A DNA stretch of 62,679 nucleotides, the filler included, from Candidatus Delongbacteria bacterium (lineage in GTDB: Bacteria; UBA4055), in the NCBI GenBank assembly GCA_016937995.1. It is 5 parts of 5 records of this genome, joined end to end, with 100 filler letters (N's around TTAATTAATTAA, not from the genome) between each part and the next. Parts side by side here need not be neighbours in the genome. Positions count along the whole stretch, not along the records: positions 1 to 10,862 come from JAFGVM010000045.1; 4 more parts are not named here. One strand, written 5' to 3'. Position numbers and translations under genes: made by a program. How positions within the stretch are numbered: position 1 is the stretch's first letter; every line of letters begins with the position of its first letter. This document shows, piece after piece, positions 1 through 7,960 of this stretch. The notes under the pieces were generated by a model. That model had not been told where the DNA came from. It saw only the letters and a list, made by a program, of their open reading frames with translations, and did no database searches.

Positions 1-55
1 CCTCATTTACTCCCTCATTTACTCCCTCATTTACTCCCTCATTTACTCCCTCATT
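1..55 (-). repeat. 12-bp in-frame tandem repeat (CCCTCATTTACT)n encoding (EGVN)n
   Basis: At least 4.5 perfect copies, cut by the window start. Confidence 0.95.
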
Positions 56-1201
56 TTCTGTGACATCTAATTTTTCTTTGAAAAGCGTTACTTTAAATCC
101 ATTAAATGCTTCTTCAAAATGTGGTGGAATTACGCCATAATCTTTACAAATATTTATTATTCTTCTAATACCAGTACCATATTTTTCAATTATTCCAATT
201 TCTTTAAAAGCCTTAGCTATAAGCTTATTTCTGGCTTGGGAGCTATAATTGTCAGATAATAAATCTTTTATAGTAATTTCACCGAATAATTTTCCGGGAT
301 TATAAAATTCTATCCTATCATCATAAATTTTTATAACACTGCCATTACTGTCTTTATAATCTCTGTGAATGATCATATTTATAACAATTTCACGAATTGC
401 TTCAAGAGGGTAATCAAAACGCTCTTGATGTTGTGGTTCTCCAGTAATAATATATTCAACCATTAAATGCTTTTTGATAAACGCAATAGTTTCATCAACT
501 TCAGAAAAAAGGTCTGTGCTCAGTGATATACTATCTATTATGGTAATTTCACTTTTGAAACGCCCGATCTGCATATCACTTAAAGTACAATAATCCTTTG
601 CAAACAATAAATATGCACCAAAAGTAATATCCTTATTCCTGATTATTTCTAATTTCGAAAGAAAATCAAACGGTGAAAGTCTGATTTCTGTTTGCTGATT
701 TTTTTCTATTATTTTGATAAACTTAATAATTTTTTCTTCTGAAAGATGTTCATAGTTATGATTCGGATCGGGATAAAAATCCCAGCTGCTATTAATTGTT
801 TTTAAATATAGGTTACTTATCTCTGTTAAATCCAACTGATGATTAGAATTTTTTATCCGTTTATAATATCTTCCTTTTAGAGAAACAGGTTTAATAGGAA
901 ACTCATCTACAATTAAAACAACAACTTCTTTCCCATTAAACTCATATATTTCTGCATCAGGAATAAGAGAAGGTTGTGTTTTACTCTTTATTTCATTTAC
1001 CCATTTCTGGATAGTTTCAGTACCAATAGAAAATTCTTTATTTACTGTACCATCATCTTCAATTCCAAGAATAACAAAACCACCTTTTGTATTTGCAAAA
1101 GCAACTACTGTTTCAATTGCTTCTGAGCCGAACTTGCGTTTAAACTCAATTGTTTCACATTCACCCTGGTCGATTAAATATTTTAGATCTTTTATTTTCA
1201 T
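1..1201 (-). CDS. Schlafen/AlbA_2 domain + HATPase_c_4 protein (often annotated RecG-like or divergent AAA), runs off the left edge
   Basis: Not in the ORF track; translated by hand from ATG at 1201: MKIKDLKYLIDQGECETIEFKRKFGSEAIETVVAFANTKGGFVILGIEDDG ... YPLEAIREIVINMIIHRDY ... RIEFYNPG ... RNKLIAKAFKEIGIIEKYGTGIRRI, then EGVN repeats. Confidence 0.85.
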   Translation of the reverse strand, partial: MKIKDLKYLIDQGECETIEFKRKFGSEAIETVVAFANTKGGFVILGIEDDGTVNKEFSIGTETIQKWVNEIKSKTQPSLIPDAEIYEFNGKEVVVLIVDEFPIKPVSLKGRYYKRIKNSNHQLDLTEISNLYLKTINSSWDFYPDPNHNYEHLSEEKIIKFIKIIEKNQQTEIRLSPFDFLSKLEIIRNKDITFGAYLLFAKDYCTLSDMQIGRFKSEITIIDSISLSTDLFSEVDETIAFIKKHLMVEYIITGEPQHQERFDYPLEAIREIVINMIIHRDYKDSNGSVIKIYDDRIEFYNPGKLFGEITIKDLLSDNYSSQARNKLIAKAFKEIGIIEKYGTGIRRIINICKDYGVIPPHFEEAFNGFKVTLFKEKLDVTENEGVNEGVNEGVNEGVNE

Positions 1202-1245
1202 CTTTTTTGCTATCTTTAGTGGCAATCTTGTTTTAATCCGTTTTA

Positions 1246-1323
1246 GGATCTCATATATGCGATCCCTACGGTTTTGTTGTCGGGCGTTTGTGCGTTTCCG
1301 GGCGAATGATGATTCGCCCCTGC
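1246..1323 (-). repeat. Two REP-like palindromes (GTAG- and GCAG-footed)
   Basis: ggatctcatatatgcgatccctac (1246-1269) and gggcgaatgatgattcgcccctgc (1300-1323). Confidence 0.75.
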
Positions 1324-1499
1324 GAACTGTCAACCGTCAACTTTTTTACACCCTTATACATTCATAATTCATTGAAAGTTTAAATATACTAGAACATAAC
1401 ATAATTTTCAAGGTATAATTCGCCTTGTTTTCTATGTTGATATTAGTTTACATAAACTTTATATTTAAACGATTAAAATAAAATTGAGGTTTTTTAAAA

Positions 1500-2810
1500 A
1501 TGAAAATAGCAGTAGCAGGAACAGGATATGTAGGCCTGGTAGCAGGTGTATGTTTTGCAGAAGTAGGGCATGATGTTATTTGCGTAGATATTGATGAAGA
1601 TAAAATCAAAAGTATGAAAAAGGGTATCTCCCCAATATATGAGAACGATCTTGAAGATCTCATGAAAAAGAACTATGCTGCAGGAAGATTAAATTATACT
1701 ACCGATTTTAAATCTGCTTACAAAGACGCAGATGCAGTGTTCATAGGGGTTGGAACTCCCGAACAAATTGACGGATCTGCTAATTTGAGCCATATAGCTA
1801 CTGTAGCAAGACAGATCGCTGAAAGCGTAGAGCAGGATTGCCTTGTAGTAGTTAAATCAACAGTTCCTGTGGGTACAAATGATAAAGTTGAACAATTTAT
1901 TCATGATTTTTTGATTAATAAAGTAAAAGTGGAAGTAGCGTCAAATCCTGAGTTCCTAGCTCAGGGTTCAGCAGTCCACGACACATTGCAGGCAGCAAGA
2001 ATTATTATTGGTACAGAGAGTAAATGGGCAGAAGAAATACTTATGAAGATATATAAGCCTTTCAAATTACCTGTAGTTTCTGTAAACAGAAGATCTGCTG
2101 AAATGATAAAATATGCCTCAAACGATTTTCTTGCTTTGAAGATCTCATATATGAACGATATCGCTAATCTTTGTGAACTTGTCGGAGCAGATATTCAGGC
2201 TGTAGCTAATGGAATGAGCTATGATGATCGTATCGGAAGTAAATTTTTGAATGCCGGTATCGGTTACGGAGGTTCATGTTTTCCTAAAGATACAAAAGCC
2301 CTGGAATACCTAGCAAAACAACATGGATATAATTTGAGAACTGTTAAGTCAGCAATAGATGTAAATAATGACCAGAAAACTATATTATTTAAAAAAGCAT
2401 CGAAAAGACTTATAACTTTTAGCGGTCTGAAAATTGCGGTACTTGGCCTTACTTTCAAACCGGGAACTGACGATCTGAGAGAATCACCTTCACTTGATAA
2501 TATACCTTTACTACTGGAACAGGGTGCTGATATTTATGCTTACGATCCGGTTGGAGCTGATAATTTTAAGCATGTATATCCGGAAGGAAAGAACGGAAAT
2601 GGTAACATTACATATGTCAAGAACCCGAAAGAAGCTGTTAAAGATGCCAATGTATGCTTCATATTCACTGAGTGGGAGCAGATAAAAGCAGTTAAACCTG
2701 CTGATTATAAAAAGCTTATGAGAACACCGCTTGTCTATGATGGAAGAAATATACATGATCTGAAGAAAATGCTGAAAGCTGAAGTAGAGTATTATTCAGT
2801 CGGCAGATAA
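1500..2810 (+). CDS. ugd: UDP-glucose 6-dehydrogenase
   Basis: GTGYVG Rossmann motif, KSTVPVGT, SNPEFL, GYGGSCFPKD catalytic Cys motif, FKPGTDDLRESP. Confidence 0.95.
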   Translation: MKIAVAGTGYVGLVAGVCFAEVGHDVICVDIDEDKIKSMKKGISPIYENDLEDLMKKNYAAGRLNYTTDFKSAYKDADAVFIGVGTPEQIDGSANLSHIATVARQIAESVEQDCLVVVKSTVPVGTNDKVEQFIHDFLINKVKVEVASNPEFLAQGSAVHDTLQAARIIIGTESKWAEEILMKIYKPFKLPVVSVNRRSAEMIKYASNDFLALKISYMNDIANLCELVGADIQAVANGMSYDDRIGSKFLNAGIGYGGSCFPKDTKALEYLAKQHGYNLRTVKSAIDVNNDQKTILFKKASKRLITFSGLKIAVLGLTFKPGTDDLRESPSLDNIPLLLEQGADIYAYDPVGADNFKHVYPEGKNGNGNITYVKNPKEAVKDANVCFIFTEWEQIKAVKPADYKKLMRTPLVYDGRNIHDLKKMLKAEVEYYSVGR

Positions 2811-2821
2811 TTTTAAAATGC

Positions 2822-2847
2822 AAAACGGCGGGTTAACCCGCCGTTTT
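2822..2847. terminator. Bidirectional intrinsic terminator between convergent ugd and rfbA
   Basis: aaaacggcggg-ttaa-cccgccgtttt perfect hairpin with A/T tails. Confidence 0.85.
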
Positions 2848-2850
2848 CAT

Positions 2851-3720
2851 TTATATCTTTAATAACCCTTTCAAATAATCCCTGTAATATGACTCCGGCA
2901 GATCATAAATTATCTTTTTCATACCTTCTTCATCAATAAATCTCATCTGATAAGCAGCTTCCTCGATACATCCTATCTTCAAACCCTGTCTCTGTTCAAT
3001 AGAAGCGATAAAAGTACTCGCATCCAGCAATGACTCAGGTGTTCCGCTGTCAAGCCAGGCTATCCCTCTACCTATCCTTGCGACCTTAAGATCATCTTCA
3101 ATTAAATATGATCTGATCAGATCCGTTATCTCTACCTCTCCTCTTGCAGAAGGAGTTATATTCCTGGATCTTTCAGGTGATGTGCTGTCAAATACATATA
3201 ATCCGGGAACAGCATATTTAGATCTTGGTTTTTCAGGTTTTTCTTCGATAGAAATAGCTTTACCGTTATCATCAAATTCAACAACTCCGTATCTTTTCGG
3301 ATCTTTTACATAATAACCGAAGACTGTAGCACCGTTATTATTATTAATCGCATCTCTTACAAAATTAAGATAACCGTAAAATATATTATCCCCGAGAATA
3401 AGACATACCTGATCATCACCAATAAATTCTTCACCTATGATAAATGCTTCAGCTATACCTTTAGGAGCATCCTGAACTGCATACTCTATTTTCATACCAA
3501 GATGCGAACCGTCCTTAAAAAGCTTTTCATAATACGGAATGGTCTCTTTGTTTGAGATTATAAGAACTTCTTTTATTCCGCTCAATATCAATGTGCTCAT
3601 CGGGTAATAGATCATAGGTTTATCATAGACAGATATTAATTGCTTACTATAAAGCTGAGTCATTGGATACATACGGGTCCCTGCACCGCCTGCAAGAATA
3701 ATTCCCTTTGTTTTTCTCAT
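2851..3720 (-). CDS. rfbA: Glucose-1-phosphate thymidylyltransferase
   Basis: GIILAGGAGTRMYP, SKQLISVYDKPMIYYP, EEKP, AWLDSGT; start moved to MRKTKG (3720), just after the wecE stop. Confidence 0.95.
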   Translation of the reverse strand: MRKTKGIILAGGAGTRMYPMTQLYSKQLISVYDKPMIYYPMSTLILSGIKEVLIISNKETIPYYEKLFKDGSHLGMKIEYAVQDAPKGIAEAFIIGEEFIGDDQVCLILGDNIFYGYLNFVRDAINNNNGATVFGYYVKDPKRYGVVEFDDNGKAISIEEKPEKPRSKYAVPGLYVFDSTSPERSRNITPSARGEVEITDLIRSYLIEDDLKVARIGRGIAWLDSGTPESLLDASTFIASIEQRQGLKIGCIEEAAYQMRFIDEEGMKKIIYDLPESYYRDYLKGLLKI

Positions 3721-3724
3721 TATT

Positions 3725-4849
3725 TTAACCCTCTGTAAATTCCTTAATTGCTTGAACGATATACATAATTTCATCCTCGGTTATGCCATAGAACAATGGA
3801 AGCCTGAGCAGTGTAGAACTCACTTTCTCAGTTACCGGCAGATGAATATCTTCGTATTTTCCTTTCCAGTATGGTGCATTATGCAAAGGAACATAGTGGA
3901 ATATAGCAAGTACACCTTTTTTAGATAAATACTCTATCATTCTGCTTCTTGTATCAAAATTATCTACCATAATGTAAAACATATGTGCATTATGTATACA
4001 ATTCTCTGGAATTATCGGCAATGATCCTTCCGGCATAAACTCCGACAGATATTTGTAATACAGATTCCAGCTCTTCAGTCTGGAATTATTTATTTCAGTT
4101 GAATTTTCAAGCTGTGAATACAAAAAAGCAGCTTGTAGTTCTGACATTAGATAGCTCGAGCCAAGTTCTACCCAGGTATACTTATCGACCTTACCCTGAT
4201 TGAATTGTATACGGTTAGTACCCTTATCCCTGATAAATTCAGATCTTTCGACTAAAGACGGATTGTTGACAAGTAATGCACCACCCTCTCCACACTGGAT
4301 ATTTTTTGTCTCATGAAAACTGTAAGTTGCCAGATCTCCAAATGTACCGAGATATTTATCATTGTATTTACAATCTATGGCCTGAGCTGAATCTTCGATC
4401 AAAAGCAGATCATATTTCTTACATAATTCTACAATCTTGTCCATCTCACAGGCCACACCGGCATAATGAACCGCTACGATAGCTTTTGTTCTATCTGTGA
4501 TCAGAGCTTCGATCTTAGTTTCGTCGATATTTTTAGTATCAGGCCTGATGTCACACCATACGATTTTTGCTCTTCTAAGCTCAAAAGCACTTGCAGTAGA
4601 AACAAAGGTAAATGACGGCATAATAACCTCATCACCTGGTTCAATACCGGAAAGAAGTGAAGTCATTTCAAGCGCATCAGTACATGATGAGGTCATGATA
4701 CATTTTTTAGTGCCTGTTTTTGCTTCGATAAGATCATTACATTTTTTTGTAAAAAAACCGTTTCCTGAAAATTGGTCATTAATGAAAACCTGTTCAAGGT
4801 ATTTTTTCTCATTTCCGAAAATAATGGGTTTATTAAAAGGTATTTTCAT
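3725..4849 (-). CDS. wecE: dTDP-4-amino-4,6-dideoxygalactose transaminase (DegT/DnrJ family)
   Basis: MKIPFNKP start, SCTDALEM, SFHETKN PLP-lysine motif, GEGG, VDKYTWV typical of RffA/WecE. Confidence 0.9.
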   Translation of the reverse strand: MKIPFNKPIIFGNEKKYLEQVFINDQFSGNGFFTKKCNDLIEAKTGTKKCIMTSSCTDALEMTSLLSGIEPGDEVIMPSFTFVSTASAFELRRAKIVWCDIRPDTKNIDETKIEALITDRTKAIVAVHYAGVACEMDKIVELCKKYDLLLIEDSAQAIDCKYNDKYLGTFGDLATYSFHETKNIQCGEGGALLVNNPSLVERSEFIRDKGTNRIQFNQGKVDKYTWVELGSSYLMSELQAAFLYSQLENSTEINNSRLKSWNLYYKYLSEFMPEGSLPIIPENCIHNAHMFYIMVDNFDTRSRMIEYLSKKGVLAIFHYVPLHNAPYWKGKYEDIHLPVTEKVSSTLLRLPLFYGITEDEIMYIVQAIKEFTEG

Positions 4850-4850
4850 C

Positions 4851-5564
4851 TCATTTATTCCATAGATGATAATAATTTAAAGATCCTGAGATCCCGTATC
4901 CGTTTTTTTTGTAAAAATTACATGCACCAGAATTTTCTCCCTGAGTGGCAACTTCAATTTTATTTATCCCTGAAGATAACAGATAATTTTCACAGTGAGA
5001 AAGCAACTTTGAACCCACACCTTTGCCCTGACTTTCAGGAGTTGAAGCAATCAGACCTATAACTCCTTTATCATTCTCAATTTTTAAAGTGACCATTCCC
5101 AGTATCCTGCCTTCTAACTCGCAGATAAATACTTTGTCCGCAATTTTTTTATTCACGGAATTTTCTATCCATAGACCGTATAATTTTTCAAAACTTCCAG
5201 CCGGAAGGTTTTTGTCAGTATTAAATCTTGAGAATTTTCCGCTTTCATAAGCCAGATCATACAATTCCTGTGATACTGTTGAACTTTCATAGGTTTTAAT
5301 AATATCTTCGGTCTTACCGGAGGGATCTATGATCTTTTCAAAGACGACCTTGTTATCAACAAATTGAGATCCGTAAATCGATCTTTTATCGATTTCTTGC
5401 GGAATTATAAGATAGATCAGTTCATCTCCGGATCCAAAAGCCAGGTTCACAGCCGATCCGATCTTATCAATGTCATAGTCCTGAACATAGATCCTGCCTA
5501 CTCCAAAACCGAAGAAATGAGAATCCCAGTCTAAATGTTCAATATTTAACGATCCCTCTGACAT
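4851..5564 (-). CDS. wecD: dTDP-4-amino-4,6-dideoxygalactose acetyltransferase (GNAT)
   Basis: LDWDSHFFG start, SRF..D, QGKGVG acetyl-CoA motif, VATQ..N; adjacent to wecE. Confidence 0.85.
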   Translation of the reverse strand: MSEGSLNIEHLDWDSHFFGFGVGRIYVQDYDIDKIGSAVNLAFGSGDELIYLIIPQEIDKRSIYGSQFVDNKVVFEKIIDPSGKTEDIIKTYESSTVSQELYDLAYESGKFSRFNTDKNLPAGSFEKLYGLWIENSVNKKIADKVFICELEGRILGMVTLKIENDKGVIGLIASTPESQGKGVGSKLLSHCENYLLSSGINKIEVATQGENSGACNFYKKNGYGISGSLNYYHLWNK

Positions 5565-5579
5565 AGCGGTTTATTCAAC

Positions 5580-6626
5580 CTATTTATAATTTTTTTCGAT
5601 CCATTTCTGATATTCTCCAGAGATCACATTCCCGATCCATTCAGAGTTGTTCAAATACCAGTCTATCGTATCCTTGATCTTATCTTCAAACTTGTACTTT
5701 GGCTCCCAGTCAAGTTCGTTCTTTATCTTTGAAGCATCAATTGCGTACCGTCTGTCGTGACCTAAACGGTCTTTTACATAAGTTATCAATGAATGAGGTT
5801 TTTTGAGATGATCCAGTATATGTTTTACTATATCAATATTCATGATCTCATTGTTACCACCGACATTATAAACTTCTCCGGTCTTACCTTCATTCAAAAC
5901 TGTCCAGACAGCATCACAGTGATCTTCTACAAAAAGCCAGTCCCTGATCTGCTTCCCGTCTCCGTATATAGGAAGATCTTTATCGTTCAATGCATTGTTT
6001 ATTATCAGTGGAATAAGTTTTTCAGGGAACTGATACGGTCCGTAGTTGTTCGAGCATCTTGTGATCAGGGTCGGGAATTTATATGTATCGTAATATGATT
6101 GAACTATACAATCAGCTCCGGTCTTTGAAGCTGAATATGGTGAATGAGGTTGTAAAGGAGTTTTCTCAGTGAATTTGACTGACTTATCATCTTCAGGTAA
6201 AGTTCCGTAAACTTCATCAGTTGAAACCTGAAGGAATCTTTTGTCCGTAAAATTCTCTCCCCATGCTTTCTTTGCATTACTTAACAGAACTCCTGTACCG
6301 AGAATGTTTGTCTTAATAAAGATATTCGGATCATGAATAGAACGGTCAACGTGGGTTTCTGCAGCAAAATTTATAACTGCATCAATGTCATTTTCTGAGA
6401 ATATATTTTCAACTAAATCACTGTTGCAGATATCACCTTTGATAAATGAATATCTTGTATCATTTTCAATTTTTTTTAGATTCTCAGGATTACCTGCATA
6501 TGTAAGGTAGTCCAGGTTTATGATATTAATATCATTATTTTTATTCAAAACGTACAGGATAAAATTCGATCCGATGAACCCCGATCCACCTGTTACCAGT
6601 ATTGTGTTTATTTTTTGCATTTTCAT
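5580..6626 (-). CDS. rfbB: dTDP-glucose 4,6-dehydratase
   Basis: GGSGFIGSN, AAETHVDRSI, STDEVYG, YSASK, CSNNYGPYQFPEKLIP. Confidence 0.95.
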   Translation of the reverse strand: MKMQKINTILVTGGSGFIGSNFILYVLNKNNDINIINLDYLTYAGNPENLKKIENDTRYSFIKGDICNSDLVENIFSENDIDAVINFAAETHVDRSIHDPNIFIKTNILGTGVLLSNAKKAWGENFTDKRFLQVSTDEVYGTLPEDDKSVKFTEKTPLQPHSPYSASKTGADCIVQSYYDTYKFPTLITRCSNNYGPYQFPEKLIPLIINNALNDKDLPIYGDGKQIRDWLFVEDHCDAVWTVLNEGKTGEVYNVGGNNEIMNIDIVKHILDHLKKPHSLITYVKDRLGHDRRYAIDASKIKNELDWEPKYKFEDKIKDTIDWYLNNSEWIGNVISGEYQKWIEKNYK

Positions 6627-6640
6627 TCCAATTTATTTGT

Positions 6641-6668
6641 AAGACTCGAGACCCAAGACTCAAGACCC
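6641..6668. repeat. Heptamer array (AAGACTC/GAGACCC) overlapping the wecB stop
   Basis: aagactc gagaccc aagactc aagaccc. Confidence 0.8.
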
Positions 6669-7760
6669 ATAACTATTTAACAAAATCTCCACGATCCTTT
6701 CCGCAGTCCTTCCGTCCCAGTACTTTGGCACTGTACCTTTTTTCACTCTTCCGCTGATTATATCATCAACATGGTTCAGAATAACTTCCTTGTTCAATTC
6801 AGGGATAAGAATATTTGTTCCCTGTGTTATTGTAGAAGGTCTCTCCGTATTCTCTCTGAGTGTCAGACATGGTTTTCCCAGATATGTCGTCTCCTCCTGA
6901 ATTCCACCTGAATCTGTAAGCAGTAATTTACTTTCTTTCATCAGCTTCATAAAGTCAAGATAACCCAGTGGTTCGGTCAGGATAATTCTTTCATTATCAG
7001 AGAATCCTTTCATTATTCCGAATTTTTCAAGGTTCTTCAAAGTTCTAGGATGAATTGGAAATACTATCTTTAATTTTTTTGAAACTTCTTTCAGAGTATC
7101 AATCAGGATCTTGGTATTGACCTCATCATCCACATTTGAAGGTCTGTGCAAAGTGACCAGGACATAATCTTCTTTTTCCACACCAAGTGTCTTCATAATA
7201 TCAGAATGATCAGCTGCTTCTATGTTATTTATGAGAGAATCTATCATCACATTGCCCACATGGAAGACCTTGCTGTCTGGAACACCTTCTTTCTTCAAGT
7301 TCTCAAGACCGCTTTCCTCTGAGACAAAAAGATAATCAGCGACGACATCTGTCATAAGTCGATTGATCTCTTCAGGCATTCTGTTATCATAACTTCTTAA
7401 ACCCGACTCTACATGAACGGTCTTTATTCCAAGCTTTACTGCTACAAGAGTACAGGCTACAGTCGAATTCACATCTCCTACGACCAGAACAATATCAGGT
7501 TTCTGCTCAAGAACTACTTTTTCAAACTCCATCATTATCTTTGCTGTTTGAACTGCATGGGATCCACTGCCGACCTTTAGATACACATCCGGTTCAGGCA
7601 TTCCTAGGTCTTCAAAGAATACTTTAGACATTTTTTCATCGTAATGCTGACCTGTATGCACAAGATAAGGTTCAATTCCTTCCGTTCTTAACATAAGATT
7701 ATGGATCGGAGCGATCTTCATAAAATTCGGTCTTGCACCTACAACGTTTATAATTTTCAA
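6660..7760 (-). CDS. wecB: UDP-N-acetylglucosamine 2-epimerase (non-hydrolysing)
   Basis: VGARPNFMK, HTGQHYD, HVESGLRS, MPEEINR, TDSGGIQEE; likely TTG start at 7760 after GAAGGT, since the ATG at 7784 lies in a repeat. Confidence 0.93.
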   Translation of the reverse strand: MKIINVVGARPNFMKIAPIHNLMLRTEGIEPYLVHTGQHYDEKMSKVFFEDLGMPEPDVYLKVGSGSHAVQTAKIMMEFEKVVLEQKPDIVLVVGDVNSTVACTLVAVKLGIKTVHVESGLRSYDNRMPEEINRLMTDVVADYLFVSEESGLENLKKEGVPDSKVFHVGNVMIDSLINNIEAADHSDIMKTLGVEKEDYVLVTLHRPSNVDDEVNTKILIDTLKEVSKKLKIVFPIHPRTLKNLEKFGIMKGFSDNERIILTEPLGYLDFMKLMKESKLLLTDSGGIQEETTYLGKPCLTLRENTERPSTITQGTNILIPELNKEVILNHVDDIISGRVKKGTVPKYWDGRTAERIVEILLNSYGS

Positions 7761-7779
7761 TTTTTTACCTTCTTTTTTT

Positions 7780-7957
7780 GTCATTGCGATCCCGATTTAT
7801 CGGGAGTGGCAATCTTGTTTTGTCATCCTCGGACTTGTTCCGTCATGCTGATCCCGATCAATCGGGATCAGGGTGACGATTTGTTTGTCGTGGGTCGTTT
7901 TTCGAGCGTATGTCGATACGCCCCTACTATCAACCAACAACTCACAACCCACAACTA
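7780..7957. repeat. Intergenic repeat mosaic: GTCAT-type palindromes, CCCGAT-ATCGGG hairpins, GTAG REP (7904-7927), heptamers
   Basis: gtcattgcgatcccgatttatcgggagtggcaatc; gtcatcctcggacttg...gatcccgatcaatcgggatcagggtgac; gagcgtatgtcgatacgcccctac; caactcacaacccacaact. Confidence 0.8.
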
Positions 7958-7960
7958 TTT

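Noticed and set aside
1134..1367. 77-aa plus-strand ORF
   Set aside because: Overlaps the AlbA gene start and reads through REP and heptamer repeats
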